Positions 1 through 13,769 of a stretch of DNA of 64,000 bases are shown here, in pieces. The notes beneath the pieces were generated by a model that was given only the letters and a program-made list of their open reading frames with translations, searched no databases and had not been told where the DNA came from. Position 1 is the stretch's first letter; each line of letters opens with the position of its first letter. The DNA is from Utricularia gibba (lineage: Eukaryota > Plantae > Magnoliophyta): positions 3,162,001 to 3,226,000 of the forward strand of contig NEEC01000004.1 of NCBI GenBank assembly GCA_002189035.1, given 5' to 3'. The translations under genes were made by a program, and so were the position numbers.

Positions 1-443
1 TTTTGTTCAGTTTGCTCTAGCAAAAGAGCAAGTGATAGGCACAACCAAATGAATTGTGAAAAAATGGCTTGTTGAAGAACAAGGAACATCACAAATTCTG
101 AAAACTCATCCATCCTACAACAAAAGCCCAAATACAGAATATGGTTAGAAAATAAAAAAAAACATTTCATGCTTGAATTACCCACATAACATTGAAATGA
201 AATCACGAGCAAGAACTCACCAGGAGCGTTGGGACTTGAACCGTAAAGAACTCGAGTAGTTTTCTTGCTAGAAAATTCAAATTGAATAGCGTTTTAGGGG
301 AACTTCAATGGCGTTGATCTGCGTAGAGAGAATAGCAATTTTCTCTCAAGGAACACAAGACTCAGATTTGGGGAAAATTAATTATATCAATTAATAAGGG
401 TATAATGGTAAAATTTCATTAAAACCAGAATTTTAATATATCC

Positions 444-457
444 AACCAAACACACCT
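444..457. mobile_element. Possible PIF/Harbinger (Tourist-like) terminal inverted repeat; element probably extends left out of the window
   Basis: CAACCAAACACACC (reverse complement GGTGTGTTTGGTTG) resembles Tourist/Harbinger termini. No partner TIR is visible in the window. Confidence 0.3.
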
Positions 458-551
458 TTTATTATCCCTTGTAAAATAAACTATCATACCAAACTAATTA
501 AACCCATCTATGATAGTTTTATTTTCCCTAGTTTCTAAAAGCACTCTAATA

Positions 552-845
552 CTAAAACATCATCACCAAACGAGCCCTTAGTGTGAAAATAAGTGTCTCT
601 ACATAAGATGAGAATGGATCATGATCAATGAGGTTATCCAATTGAATTGAAGACACATCCACAAGATCTCTAATCTCTTCCATGAACCTTCTTTTTCTAG
701 ATGCTCTAACCAAGTTAATGGAATTCTCTTCACTAGCCCGGTCTTTCTCAAAGATCTCCCTACACTCGAGATAATAGAGCCAAGTTTTATGTATTAGTGC
801 ACAAAATCTCAGTACTTGCTGTAATACACGCACCATTATAACCAA
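552..845 (-). pseudogene. Possible decayed PIF/Harbinger transposase N-terminal fragment
   Basis: RKRRFMEEIRDLVDVSSIQLDNLIDHDPF loosely resembles the PIF transposase N-terminal block (..L..VSD..C.DNLRMDR..F). No catalytic region follows. Confidence 0.25.
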
Positions 846-1943
846 ATACCAATGTATTCATTATGAAACAAATGTGTATGTATTCAATTTCTTTCCAAAC
901 CTCACTATCCACATCCACCAGAGTATTGGACTTGGTTAAAAATTACACACTCAAATAATAATGTCTTTTTCATGTATGCAGATGTGCGAGTGTGTTTAAT
1001 GATACATACCACTGAAGTTATTTTTAACCTTCCATCCCTTTTGTACAATATACTTCAAATCCTATAGTAGGTCTTTTTCTTCCTTGTACTTCCATGATCA
1101 GTTCATTATTTTGCTAGATTCTTAGCAGCTGTTGAATAACCATGTTAATAGTCTACTACAAAAAAAAGGTATGAAAAATGACATTATATGCAGTATAAAA
1201 ACAAACAATACAACCTCCCTATAAGACAATCACAACCATATACCTGAGATGAAAACGACAAAATAAGCATACGAAGGCTTTCACAATAAAAAGGGAAGCC
1301 AACAATGCCAGATTTGCTTGCCACTGCAAAATTGAGAGAAGTTCCAACAACTTTACGTTCCTGAAGGGATGCTGAAATGCGTGGGTAGTTGGAGGAGCAA
1401 GAAACTAAAAAATGAGAAATAAATGCTTTTCATTTTTTGATTAAATAAATGAATTATTTTGGTACGTATACACAATAATTTAAAAAATCTATATTTTTTC
1501 AAATAAAGCTTAAGTCGTAGGCATCAATCCGACTCTTAAAAATTGGAGACTAGGATAGGAAAAAGAAGAATCCGGCAAGACCGCATCCGACACGCACGCA
1601 GGCCAGCCAACGACTTCTTTCCGAATAAAATGCCGGATATGTATTAGGTTCATAGAAGTCAGCTGGGTGTACATGCGCTGGCGTTGATTTTTGGAGTCCT
1701 CTCACGAATCTCCCTAATTGAAGATCACAGAGGATTTCAACCTCATTCCCTCTTTTTCTTGGAGTTGTCAATCTCGATTTTTCGTGCAGCGAAGACGTGG
1801 ATCCAGAAAATGTTTTAAGGCCTCCGTTTCCAGCAACCATATCGGTATGCTTCAATAGGATGACCTTTGGTTCATCCAGAGATCATTTCAGGTCGCTATC
1901 TCAGTGGCTGCCGTCGATCCTTTCATCCATCTCTTATGAGCTG

Positions 1944-4878
1944 ATGCAGAGTTCGAAGAGATCCAACAGACGGAGATGGTATGGGAAACATATGTCAATC
2001 GGGCTGGTGATTTTGCTTGGGTTCTTTCTGTGTATGGATTGGTGGTTGCTCTCGGGATTAGAGAACCCTCCTCGGATTATGGAAGTATCAAGGTGAAGTA
2101 CTTGAAGGGGAATTCTTCCAAAGTGTTTATTCGGGTATGCATGTCTCTCTTATTTCTTCTCGGTAGCTATTCTTTTTATACCAGTTTGTGATCGGCGAGA
2201 TGATTTATGAGGTGGGTATAGTTTGTTTGGAGGAAGTAGATTCAAGTCAGGGTATCCGCCAAATCATTTGAGTTTGATATCGAACTTGAACTCCTTCCTA
2301 GCTTATCTTATTTCTGAGCATTTGAATATAAAGCTGTCGCTTTTCATTCCACAAATAACTGCTGGTGTGATCTACAATCTTTGAAATCTTCCCAAATATT
2401 GTTGCTAACTCAAGCACATTGTCATGTTGAGATATGGGATATTTGAATTAATGAATCAGAATTCAAGTATTCTAGAGTGATATTTATATGGAGGCTTTTT
2501 TTACATCCAGCATTTTTGACATAAGGCTGCGATGCATGGTTGGGTACTGGTTCTGTGGAATTTTTGAAATGTGAAGGAACCAGTAGTGGACAAGCATGAT
2601 TAGTGGAAATGGAATGATAACTAAAAGAAATAAAGCATCATACACATGATGCTGTGGGTTTCTTTTGAAACACTTCCGTGTTATGTATGTTTAGGAAGAC
2701 TTGGGAAAGCTCGGAAGAAGAAAACCCAGGAAAACTGCATACGCAAGGCTCTTGGCAAAGGCAGCTCATGCATTGGCGGAGGTACGCATTCACTTCAGAT
2801 GTGCAACTTTTTTGGTTCCAGTATTTTTTTTCTTGTTTTCTTTGTGTTCTAATAAATTCAAACTGTAGGGGGATACCAAGTCTGAGCCTCCAGATTTGTG
2901 GACTGAACCATACGCTACTGCTTCTTTGTGGGTTCCTTGTGCTCATACTCGCAATTCAGAATTTGGAGGTCAGCATTTGTGTTTCATTATCTCTGATTCT
3001 TGTGTAACCACAAGAATTCATCTTTCTCTATTTGAATTAGTTAGCGATTCTTTTTCCGAGTTTCAGATAGTAAAAATGGTTATATAATGATCACTGCAAA
3101 TGGTGGAATAAATCAGCAACGTGTTGCTGTAAGTTATTTTCGTGTGATTGAAAAGTGTCGTTTTGCAGTATACTTTTATACCAATAGCAAAGCCCATCTT
3201 GCTATTTACTACAGGTCTGCAATGCTGTTGCCATAGCTAGGTTACTCAATGCGATCCTCGTTCTTCCCAAGTTTATGTTTAGCAGTGTTTGGAGAGATGC
3301 TAGGTATCTGTTAATCTAACTTATTTTATGGCGCCATGTTAGAGTTCTTTTTGTTTCAAGTTGTCACATACTCATTTCCCATACATATTCGTGTCGTTTC
3401 CTAGCCAGTTTGGTGATATTTATCAGGAGGATCATTTCATCAATTACTTGATGCCTGATGTTACCATTGTAAAAGCACTCCCAGAAGAACTGGCATCCTT
3501 AGATTTAGAGGCAATTGAGAGTGTGGTGAGTTTTACAATAACATTGTACTGAGATTTTATTTGGGCTTATTTCCCATCACGTTAATTGTGGCTGCTTGTG
3601 TCTCAGGTGACTGATGCAGATATCATGAAAGAGGCAAAGCCAAGTTTCTACTTGAAATACATTCTTCCCATTTTGCAACGGAACAAAGTTGTTCATTTTG
3701 TTGGATTTGGGAACCGACTGGCTTCAGATCCTGTGCCATTTGAACTGCAGGTACCTTCCAACGCTTCAGATCCTATATTGGCTTTTTCTTCGTCTAATCT
3801 CCTGACTAAGGAACTTAATGTAGAGACTTCGCTGTAGATGCAACTTTCATGCCCTAAGGTTTGCCCCTAAAATACAAGAAGCAGGGGCTTTGCTAATCCA
3901 GAGGATGCGTCAGAATGGCACAAATTTTGGATATTTGGACAGCCACCTTGTCGGACCATTTGCACAGCCTGTGAGGGATGGACACAAAGTTCATCATGTA
4001 GCCAAAACATCGAGATACTTAAGTGTGCATCTGAGATTTGAAATTGACATGGTGGCACATTCTTTATGCGAATTTGGTGGGGTGAAGAGGAAAAGCAAGA
4101 ACTCGATGCCTACCGGAAACTCCATTTCCCATCACTGGTGAACCTAACAAGGACGAAAAGGTGATGCACTGCTGTCTTTGCTCCAGTTTTATAAAATCCC
4201 ACTTCACTTGGCTGCAAAGAGCTTCAGTCAGCATGTCTTGTGCAGGTTTCCACGCCCAGCACAGCTAAAATCGGAAGGCCTGTGTCCATTGATGCCAGAG
4301 GAGACAGTGCTCATGCTTGCGGCTCTTGGTTTCAATCGCCGAACCCACATATACCTTGCCGGTTCTCATATATATGGAGGGGAATCAAGATTAGCTGCGC
4401 TAACCACCTTGTATCCCAACCTAGTGACCAAGGAAAAGCTGCTTTCGCCTGCAGAGTTCAAGCCGTTCGCTAATTTCTCATCCCAGGTCTGCTATTGAAT
4501 GATTTGAGATGCATCAAGACGACATGCACACCACACCTGCTTCAGTTAATCAATTGATTTCCTGCAGTTGGCATCACTGGACTTCATAGCCTCCGCTGCT
4601 GCTGATGTATTTGCCATCACAGATCCGGGAAGCCAATTCTCATCTTTGATAGGGGGCTACAGAATCTACTTCGGACAAGGAAAGATGCCCACCATACGGC
4701 CGAACAAGCGCCGGCTGGCCGACATTTTCGCAAAGAACAACACCATAGAGTGGAAGGTTTTTGAGAAGAGGGTGCAGAAGGCAGTGCGGCAGAACAAGCG
4801 AGTATTTTCCAGACCAGTTGGGAGGAGCGTGTACCGATACCCCGGTGCCAGGAGTGCATGTGCTTCAACCAAACTTGA
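1944..4878 (+). CDS. O-fucosyltransferase family protein (GT106/DUF246-type, type II membrane); three apparent 1-bp deletions in homopolymers
   Basis: GT-AG exons 1944-2134, 2695-2781, 2869-2968, 3067-3128, 3215-3303, 3405-3525, 3607-3750, ~3824-4160, 4246-4486, 4568-4878. Motifs: N-terminal TM (IGLVILLGFFLCMDWWLL), [110 protein letters not shown]. Upstream in-frame ATGs exist, so the start is uncertain. Confidence 0.92.
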
Positions 4879-7800
4879 CACCCAATTTTAGTTGGTAGTC
4901 GTTGGATGGAATTCCACCACGCCGGGCTGGCACTGCCAGTTTTTATTTTTATTTTATCAAAAACGTTTTTTGAAAATTACTTTCTAAGAAGCAGAATAAA
5001 ACATATAACCTACAATTTAAGCGTGGGATGCATGCTTCTTGTTTCCTTGTGCTGATTGGATTCCTCAAATTAATGGTTTCACTGTGGAACGTGCTTGCAA
5101 CTCGGTTTATATAACTCCCTGATACATTATTTTTGAAGTTCTTATTTAAATTAATTTTTATTTATACTTGCAGCTAGAATTGGGATAGGTTCGAAACTAG
5201 TTGAACCGAATAATTCTAATTTGCTTTGGAATTCAAATTTTAGAACCTGAATGGAATCAGAATCTAAACCAAATCACATGGTCTTAATTGTTGATAAATG
5301 AGAAATTTCGCACGTCGTTATACTATTAAATAAATTTATAAATATTATACTCAGTTATGTATTAAATAAATACGAGCATATAATAGAATTAAGATTGAAT
5401 ACCAAGAGCAAGACACTCATAGCATGACGTTTAATGTATTCTATTTTGTCATAAATGAATATTAAGTCTACATTAGGACTAATGCAGTCCAAAAAAAGTA
5501 TATAATAAAATAATAAATAAGTAAATCAGTTTAATATCTAAAAAAATATTTATATAAAATAAATTAACCACTTCAACATAATAACAGCACTATTTCAGTA
5601 AAGAGCCCTCTTCCACACAATCTACATTTCTTCAGATTCTAAGTAATTTTTTTTTTTATCAACCAACCTTTACTAGATGCTGCTACAGATTAGCACGATA
5701 TTGAAAAAATTTCAAGAAACAATTACATTTTAAAAATCATAGATCATTAAATTTTAACAAATGATCACATTCAATCTCAAATATGCCAAATCATTTCTAC
5801 CTTCTCAACATGCATTTATGCTTCACGGATTTTCTCCACAACATTCATATTAACCTCCTCTAATGCCCAGATCATCACTTTTTGGAATCATTATGAACAT
5901 CAATTTCAACCTAAAAAATCCTAACCTGCTACACCAATGAATTATGTTGTACCCCATCGGATGACTTCAAAACCAACTCTTGCTTCAACTTTTTTACTAT
6001 TGACACAAATAGATTGATCATTTCATCAATAGTACTATTGGCACTTGTCACCAACGCCCTCTTAGCCTGTGGGCATAGCTTTTCAGCACCCACATGGGAA
6101 ACGTCTTCTACTACCTTCCTCTTTTTCACTATGGTTCACCAAAACCGACTGCTTGACATTCGTTATTATTTCACTATGGTTCACCAATTTGGGAGTAGTT
6201 ATTAGGAACCCGAGAACAAATATTATTTGCAGAATCAGGTTTGTTAGAGTGGGTAGTTAGAAGCTAAAGTTCACAGGTTTATAATGGAGATGACCAAAGT
6301 AACGTAATAATAGGAGAAAAATGATTCAATTGACTCTACATTAAAAAAAGGACTAAATAAAACCTCTTCCCAAAAATTGAGGACCAATTTGGTTATTTTT
6401 CTTCTAAAATTGTGGTACCATTTGCAAAATTATCAAAATATTTAACAAAATCTTAATTTCATAAAATAATGACACTTATTCTCTAATTTTAAACCACTGA
6501 AAATTCTTTGTCCTCAATTGTTCTAAAGAATAATAATATTAAAAAATCAACAATTATAATACTTATCATTCATTCATCATAAATTTTCACCACCATCATC
6601 ATTTGAAATCAAAGACAATACTCAACTTGATAAAATTTTGGTACTATTGTGAAAAATCAATTTTTATATAAAATAAATTTATAATTACTACTACTCATGA
6701 AATACAAATTCAACATAAAATATATATGGACTTCAAAATCAAACACAAGGAGCTAATACTTATTATATTACATTAGGATGCAAAGTCATCGAATAATTAT
6801 AGTTTAAGGTCTATTAAAAATTAATATTGAGTAAATAAAAAAATATGAAACTATAGAATGCAACAAATCAAACACTAAACAAAGTTAAACAGAAATAAAA
6901 GATGAGGTGCCTTAGGGATTTTAAAGAAGTATACTAATTTGACCTTTGATTGTAGAATTAAAAAATGCTAATTAACTCGAAATTGTTTTGGCCTACCCAA
7001 ACTAACTTATATGATTTTTTTTATTCTAAATTTTCGTAAGTCTTTTAGAGCACTTTACACTTAAGCCTACTATTTCATAAAGTAAATAAAATTAAGTTTA
7101 TCCATTCTGATTAGTCTCTACCCAAGAAAATTTATCTATGCACCCACATCTCAACTCCTTGATCTATCCCTAAGTTGTGTTTTCTAAGTTAGGTGTTCTT
7201 CCTCTTTTCCACTTCTAGGATATATTATGCGATGTTGAGAAAAAATACGGTAACACTTTCAAGTTTCGAATCCTAAGTCAAACTATACACATTCCCCTTT
7301 ATTCTCTAATACACCACAACTACCTTGTCCACTCTTAAATAAAATAAGCATAACAATTTCATAAATTGAAAATAAATGCATTTTCATAGTCATAACTTTG
7401 AAAGTAAAAGAATGAAAAATAAAACATTTATAATGCTTAAAGAAAGAAAAATTTAATTGTTGATTCTATGTCAACTACTAGTCATGATTTGAAACACTAG
7501 CACGGAGATGGAGGTAGGCTCAGAGCTGAGAGAGTTGTGAGCCAAAATCTCCTCCTAAATTGCCTTCCTTAACTCCTTTCTTAGGTCCGGTCTTTTTCTT
7601 GTATTAAAAATATCTTCGTCTCTCTTTTTGTTTTTTTTATTTTTTAAATATATTACTATTCCTGAAATCCCTTGATATTAACCTAGAATATATGGGCAAT
7701 TAAATCGATCAATCATGCTACCTCCTTGTGTATTGTGTCCCATCAACATTATGTACTCAAACTAGTTGAATTTGATATATTATAATGCTACTAACACTTA

Positions 7801-8551
7801 GAAAAGTATTAAATAGTATATTATTCTACGAAATTAGAAGATGATGATAATAAAAAAGAAGTAAATGAAGTATTATTGTTATTATTATTTTTTTACGAAT
7901 GATATACATCTGATTGCGATTCTTCAAAATCGAAATAAAAGATGCATTAGATATATGAACACTTAAATAACTATATTTATTAAGATAAATTAAGTGCATA
8001 ACACATAAAGTCTTATTAGTATTTGAATCTAATTTTTTAAAATTTTTAATTGATAAATCCAAGTTATCATTGCTAGAATTGATATAATATAAAATAAATA
8101 TGAAATTTCATCGAAATACTTTTAAAATATCATTTGAGGTTGCAAGTTGCAACCCCCATATCATAGATATTAGTGAATGATTCTATTTGTCACTTAATCC
8201 ATTTTTGTCAAAAAAAAAAAAGGATTAAATTTAATTCCAAATTGACATTTCGAATGAGATTTTGGAAATATTTTACTTTAATAAAAACAAAAGAAATCCG
8301 AAATTTTCTTCGGGGAAATTTTAAACATTAGAGATAACACGATTTTGCTCCTATTTATTTCCTCCTACGGCACACCTACATTATTAACATTTGCAAAGCA
8401 TGCCCTAACGTGGGATAGAGAAACCCTGGCAAGAACCAAACCATTCACATTAGCAGCCCGCTGTACATGACACGAGGCGGCATCACAGTGAGCCGATGCT
8501 AACACAAAAAGGCACCTGGAATTACAACTTCACTTCAGTAGCCTGCCTGCC

Positions 8552-10191
8552 CTAAAGCTGCTGAGGCAGCTGACTGATTGCGGCTGAGACATTCATCGCA
8601 AAGGGATTCCCCAAAACATTATTGAGATGAGCTGCTGCTTCTGCTGCATCCATCGCTACAAACTGCGTCTCCTCCGATGGCTTCCAATGCCGCTTCCGTT
8701 GGTTGATGAACCAGTTGTTAATCTGTCTTCGGTCCAGTCCGGTTGACTCCGCTAATGCTGTCTTCTGCGCCTCCTGAAATTCGTTGCTATCCGTAAGATT
8801 CGATACCGGAAATTAAGTGCTGTTGTTGCTGTTTTGTTGTTCCTCACCGATGGGTACGGCCACTTGTAGTGACGGCTCCACCAGTCGAGAAGCTTGTGAC
8901 GGGCATCCTTAGGCAGCTTCCCCTTCTTGCGTTTCTTCATCAACTCCTGCTTCAGGCTGCCCAAGCACCCGCTGTATTTTCGAAGCAGCTGACCCTTGAA
9001 TTCATCGTCTTCAGCTTGGGGATGGATGAAGGAACTATTGGAGTTGTTTGCATCCAACTCCAACTCTTCTGATGATGATCCAGTTCTCTCCATTGCTTCA
9101 CCAAAAACTCAAATCATCAATCAGATAGACAACGTAACTTCAACCGCAAACTAAAAGCCAACAGCTGAATCGAAATCAGAAGGATACGCCGGGCTTCATG
9201 TGGTACAAGTTCCAAAACATCACCAAACAAGCACGAACATGATTCCAAAATCTCAAACGGACAAATCCAACCAGAGGATGAAACACAAACTAGTTGTAAA
9301 CTACTAGCATATCAACAGAATAAAACACACGGGCTTATCTACAATGTGTGGTGTCCCAACTCTGGTAAAGAAAAGAAAAACGTCTGCATAGATAGGGACA
9401 AGGAGAGAAATGATGCATGTAGAACAACAGAGATCTCCTAGAGACCTTCAAAGCTTTTTCCTTAAGGAAAGAGCATGCAACAACGTTCTTTGAATCATGC
9501 ACGTGGGAGCTTCAATCAACCAGAAACAAACAATATCAAGGCACAAAACAAAGTTGGGGGCTGGGGTTTTGTTGTTCTTCTTCAGTAGTACCAGAAAATG
9601 AAGGTGTCGAAGTGAGAGCTTTGAATTGTCTCTCGATGTTGGAGAGAAAGACCATTGCTTCTTTAAAGGGTTTCGAGAGCTCTTGTTCATATTTCGTAAG
9701 CATCTCACAATAAGCTTCCATGAATTGATCAAGCGCGGGATCCTGAGTCAACCAGTTTCCGCTAACCTCTGGAACCATCCCCAATGCCGATGCACACGCT
9801 TGTTCCAGACGCGTCACCGCCTCGGCCGGGGCTCCGATCTGAAAAAAGCAATTACAAAAATGAAACCTTGTTTGCTACACTTCTTTGTAAAGAAACAATA
9901 GATCACCTTTTGACAGTTGACATAAGCTGCCATGAGACGGGTGCATAGAGGGTGAGCCATGATTTTCGCTTTGATGGAAGACAGCTGTTCGTCATTGGGA
10001 CCTTCCATGAAATAATGGTGTTCTCCGCCGGCGAAGACATAACCGCCGGGGACGCCGTGGTCCGGAATGTTGTTATGATTCACCATCGGCGGAAGGTAAC
10101 CAGCTAGAGGAAGAAACCAAGTATTGTTTTCTCCAAAACCCATCAAACAAGAGCCGCCGCTGCATGAGCCACCACCATCACCAACCTCCAT
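8552..10191 (-). CDS. STM: Class I KNOX homeobox transcription factor, SHOOT MERISTEMLESS clade (~333 aa, 4 exons)
   Basis: Exons 9907-10191, 9592-9838, 8848-9095, 8552-8773 with GT-AG borders and consistent phases. KNOX1 ([16 protein letters not shown]), KNOX2 ([30 protein letters not shown]), ELK ([17 protein letters not shown]), homeodomain ([37 protein letters not shown]) and an STM-type tail (VLGNPFAM). Confidence 0.93.
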
Positions 10192-11145
10192 TTCTTATTT
10201 GTATCTGGAAACGCAACACAAAGAAGAAATAATTTATGGGTTTTATGTTCAGTTTCTCTCCTCCTTTTGTCCTTCGCTTTTTCCCGTAAAACCTCATCCC
10301 TACTGTTTGTTGACTGGAAGAAGCGATCTTTTATGCTGTTTTTGAATATATCCCCACGCCAGGGGGCTCCCGAGTTCTAGGGCCCTTTTTTCAGAAAAAA
10401 ACTTAATGCAAAGAGTTACTTTTATTTTTTAAATTTATTATTATTTTGTTTTAATTATTGAATGTAATTGTTAATTTATCTTAAGTTTTGTAATTATTTT
10501 ATAGTAATCCAATTAAAAGTGTACAACGATGTTTTTCTTAATGATTTCAACATAATTTGTGAATCTGTGATATATCTTCAATTTCTTATTTCGACATAAT
10601 TAGTGATTCAGAAATTAATTAATTATTCAATTATGTTTTTTTAATTTTTTTTAAATCACTGAATTAAAAATTATAATATATGTTAATAATATTCTAATAT
10701 CATAATATATGTTGAACTCTATAGTAATTTTCAAATACTATGTTTCATTTTGATTATTTTAATTGACATACTCGAATAAACAAATATTTAAGTTTTATTT
10801 GATTGATAATATATATATATATATATATTATTTATTATTTATGAGAATTGATTTTGAATACAATAAATTGCCAATAAACTATATATTTAAGGTAAATTAT
10901 CAGTAAAAATGAATAATTAAGATAAATTATTAATCAAAATTTTTTAAAAAAGGTAAATCTCCAAATAACTAAATATTTAGTGTAAATTGTTAATAAAAAT
11001 GTAAATAATGATAAAATAAAAAGGAAATGAATAATTAAATAAATTGTTGATAAAAAAATGTTAAAAAAGTTAAATAAGAAATGAGAGGGGGTGGGTGTGT
11101 TACAACAGCATCTGGGATCCCAGAACGAAAGATAGATTTCCCCGA

Positions 11146-11180
11146 GAGTGGAGTGGAGTGGAGTGGAGTGGAGTGGAGTG
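11146..11180. repeat. (GAGTG)7 pentanucleotide microsatellite ~1 kb upstream of the KNOX gene
   Basis: Seven perfect tandem copies read directly. Confidence 0.95.
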
Positions 11181-13769
11181 GGGTGCCTGCTGCTTCATTC
11201 ACAGAGCATTGATTGCTAAAAACTTATTTCAGGATTCTGTCTTCTTCTTTTTCTGATCTTTCAAGATATCGGGTGCTTTTCCCCATCCTTCCCTACAACT
11301 CCTTTTTAACGCCCCATTTAAATTATTATTCCATTGAAGATGGTGGGAGCGGAGCTTGCTTACGGGGAATCTTTCATATCTATCTCCATATAAATAGATA
11401 GATACATAGATTGTCGGCAGTTATCTCCAACAGTATCTGTCCAGCTTGTATGCTAAATGTGGCTCCCAACACATTGGTCTAAAGGTTTGCTGTTAAAGTA
11501 CAATACTCAGTAATGATGATGATCGCAATAATAATAAAAGGATCTGATCTGATGGGAGGATAAGCCTAAGCTGCGGAACCGGAAAACAACAGTGTGGGGT
11601 GTCGGGGCAGACGTGAGAGACTTGTACAAGAAAAGAAAGAAAACAAAGATTTGGGGCAGTAAATACTAAATAGCGAGTGACGTGCACCAGACCAGCCACG
11701 GTCCCAAAAATCAATCAGTCCCCTTCCACACGCTCCTATACACATGTTGTCGACCTAATCATACCCATCAAATTTATTCACGCACGCAGTTTCATCATAT
11801 CTTTATTCTGGCATGCATGCACTTCTTTCCAAAAACAGACAATTGTGGTCTTTCAGACATGAGCTCGCAGATTGAAACTTGATTTTCTCACCGTTTTTCT
11901 TTTTTTTTCTTTTTTTGAAAAATGGACTTTGCGGAAAGATAAACCCCCATAAAACATCATCATACAAGGTCACTGGTTGCGCAGCAAATAAAGTAAGGGT
12001 TTGGGCAGGCCTTGCCCCGTGAACAGAACAGACCAGACTGTGTCTTGCAGTGGTAATTCGTCAGGTGCAGATAAAATGATGGTTTTGGCTTTTCTCTTAT
12101 CCATATCCACTGCTGATACACGCCGTTCAAACATGATAATCTACTCAAGCAGATTGATACGATACGAGTTCAATGTGTGACCCGCTCACACCTCAGATTG
12201 GGAATAAATGAACTCATCCTATCACACAAAATATCAGATCTAGCTGCGATTCTCTAGGACAGGATTGCATTGCATCGCTGCACTGCTGCTGCCATAATTG
12301 AATACAAGTTCTTTTACTCTTTCTTTTCCACCGGGGCCAGTTCGCTTTGTCACAGAAAGAACAAAAAAAAAAGGTGAAAGGTTTTCTTTCATCCAAAACT
12401 TTCGATGGGGATATAAAAAAAGGCATTGTGATGTGTAAAATGAGATATTTTTAAGATGGAACATCGCGTAGCTTATCGGTCATCTCTGCACAGTTTAAGA
12501 TCGCACAGCAGTCATTTGAGACTGGTTTTTCTAACACTAGTTTCATGCATTGATGAGTTTCTCCACAGCAGCCGCTCTGCGTCTGCAGATTAAATACCTT
12601 GAGACAAGATGCATTCTACACGATCTCGTACAAGATCGTCGGGTGCTTGGGTCCACATGATTGCATTCTTCCACCCAGCAAGTGTCATTTCTGGTTTGCA
12701 GACAAGGGGAGCCATGTCTGCAGTTGGAAGGATGGGATATTTGAATCTCGGCATAAAAAAACTTTGAGATTCCAGGTATGTGGGTCCCAGACAGTTTTCA
12801 AAGAAATTACTTGAACATTAGAACACCCGACCCGAGAACCCGGATCTCCTCACTCAGAATATCGGAACAGACAACATATCAACAAATACCCTTCCCTGTC
12901 TTTTTGTGTAATAATTTAAGTTGGGCAAGCGGGTGTGGGTTCACGTTCGCCATGCAGATGCCTATTTAAGGTCAGGTGTGTCATTTTCAAAACCACCTAT
13001 TATAAAAAATCCCAATTTCAAAACTATCCATAATATACAAAATCAATCATTTTAATTTTTTCTTTTTTTGAATTATTTTTATTCTTAGATATTGTACACA
13101 TTTAAATATAATAAATATATACTTTTAATTAATATAATTTCTATTATAAATATTTCAATTTTTTTAAAAAAAAACTGTTTATATCACTCAAACTAATTAA
13201 TTAATAAATTTTTTTTTAAAAATTAATCATAATTATAATTGTATAATTTTAAAATAAAAAAAATATACATATTTATATTTCTAATATTCCTCAAAATATT
13301 TGTATTTTTTTAAAATTAAAAATATAATACATATATATTATATGTATATATTATATATGTATCATTATTTTTGAACATACAATAATATAAGTCCTATTTT
13401 CCAATATATTATAATTATATTTCGATTAGTAAACACAAATTTTACATAAATTAATTTATATTGAAGTTGATGCCTATAATATAAATTACAGTGTCTGATA
13501 TTTTCAAGTATCGCAATAATTTATCACAGTTACTAGAAATATACAACAAGTTTAAAATAATAAAAAAATAAATATTTATATTAATAAAATTCCACAAGAT
13601 ATTCGATTTTTTTAAAAAAAATACAAAAATATATACATATAATATATATATATCTATAATGTGTCGATTTTTTTTTACAATACAATAATAGAATTCATGT
13701 TTTACTATATACTAATTGTATTTTAATTATTGAAAACAAATTTCACATATGTTAATTTATGTTGACCAA

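Noticed and set aside
1550-1855. 101-aa minus-strand ORF
   Set aside because: Overlaps the promoter/5' UTR of the O-fucosyltransferase gene; no recognisable domain or splice context.
5580-6400. Possible Harbinger Myb/SANT-type or MULE-derived remnant (ORF 5929-6129 and a GGACTAAAT/GAGGACCAAT end)
   Set aside because: Similarity is too weak, and no paired TIR or TSD could be established.
7100-7340. Possible LINE fragment
   Set aside because: No conserved RT or endonuclease motif could be read.
12440-12830. Candidate miRNA hairpin or small ORFs upstream of STM
   Set aside because: No match to conserved miRNA families I know, only a 7-bp stem (TGCAGAC/GTCTGCA), and no domain in any frame.
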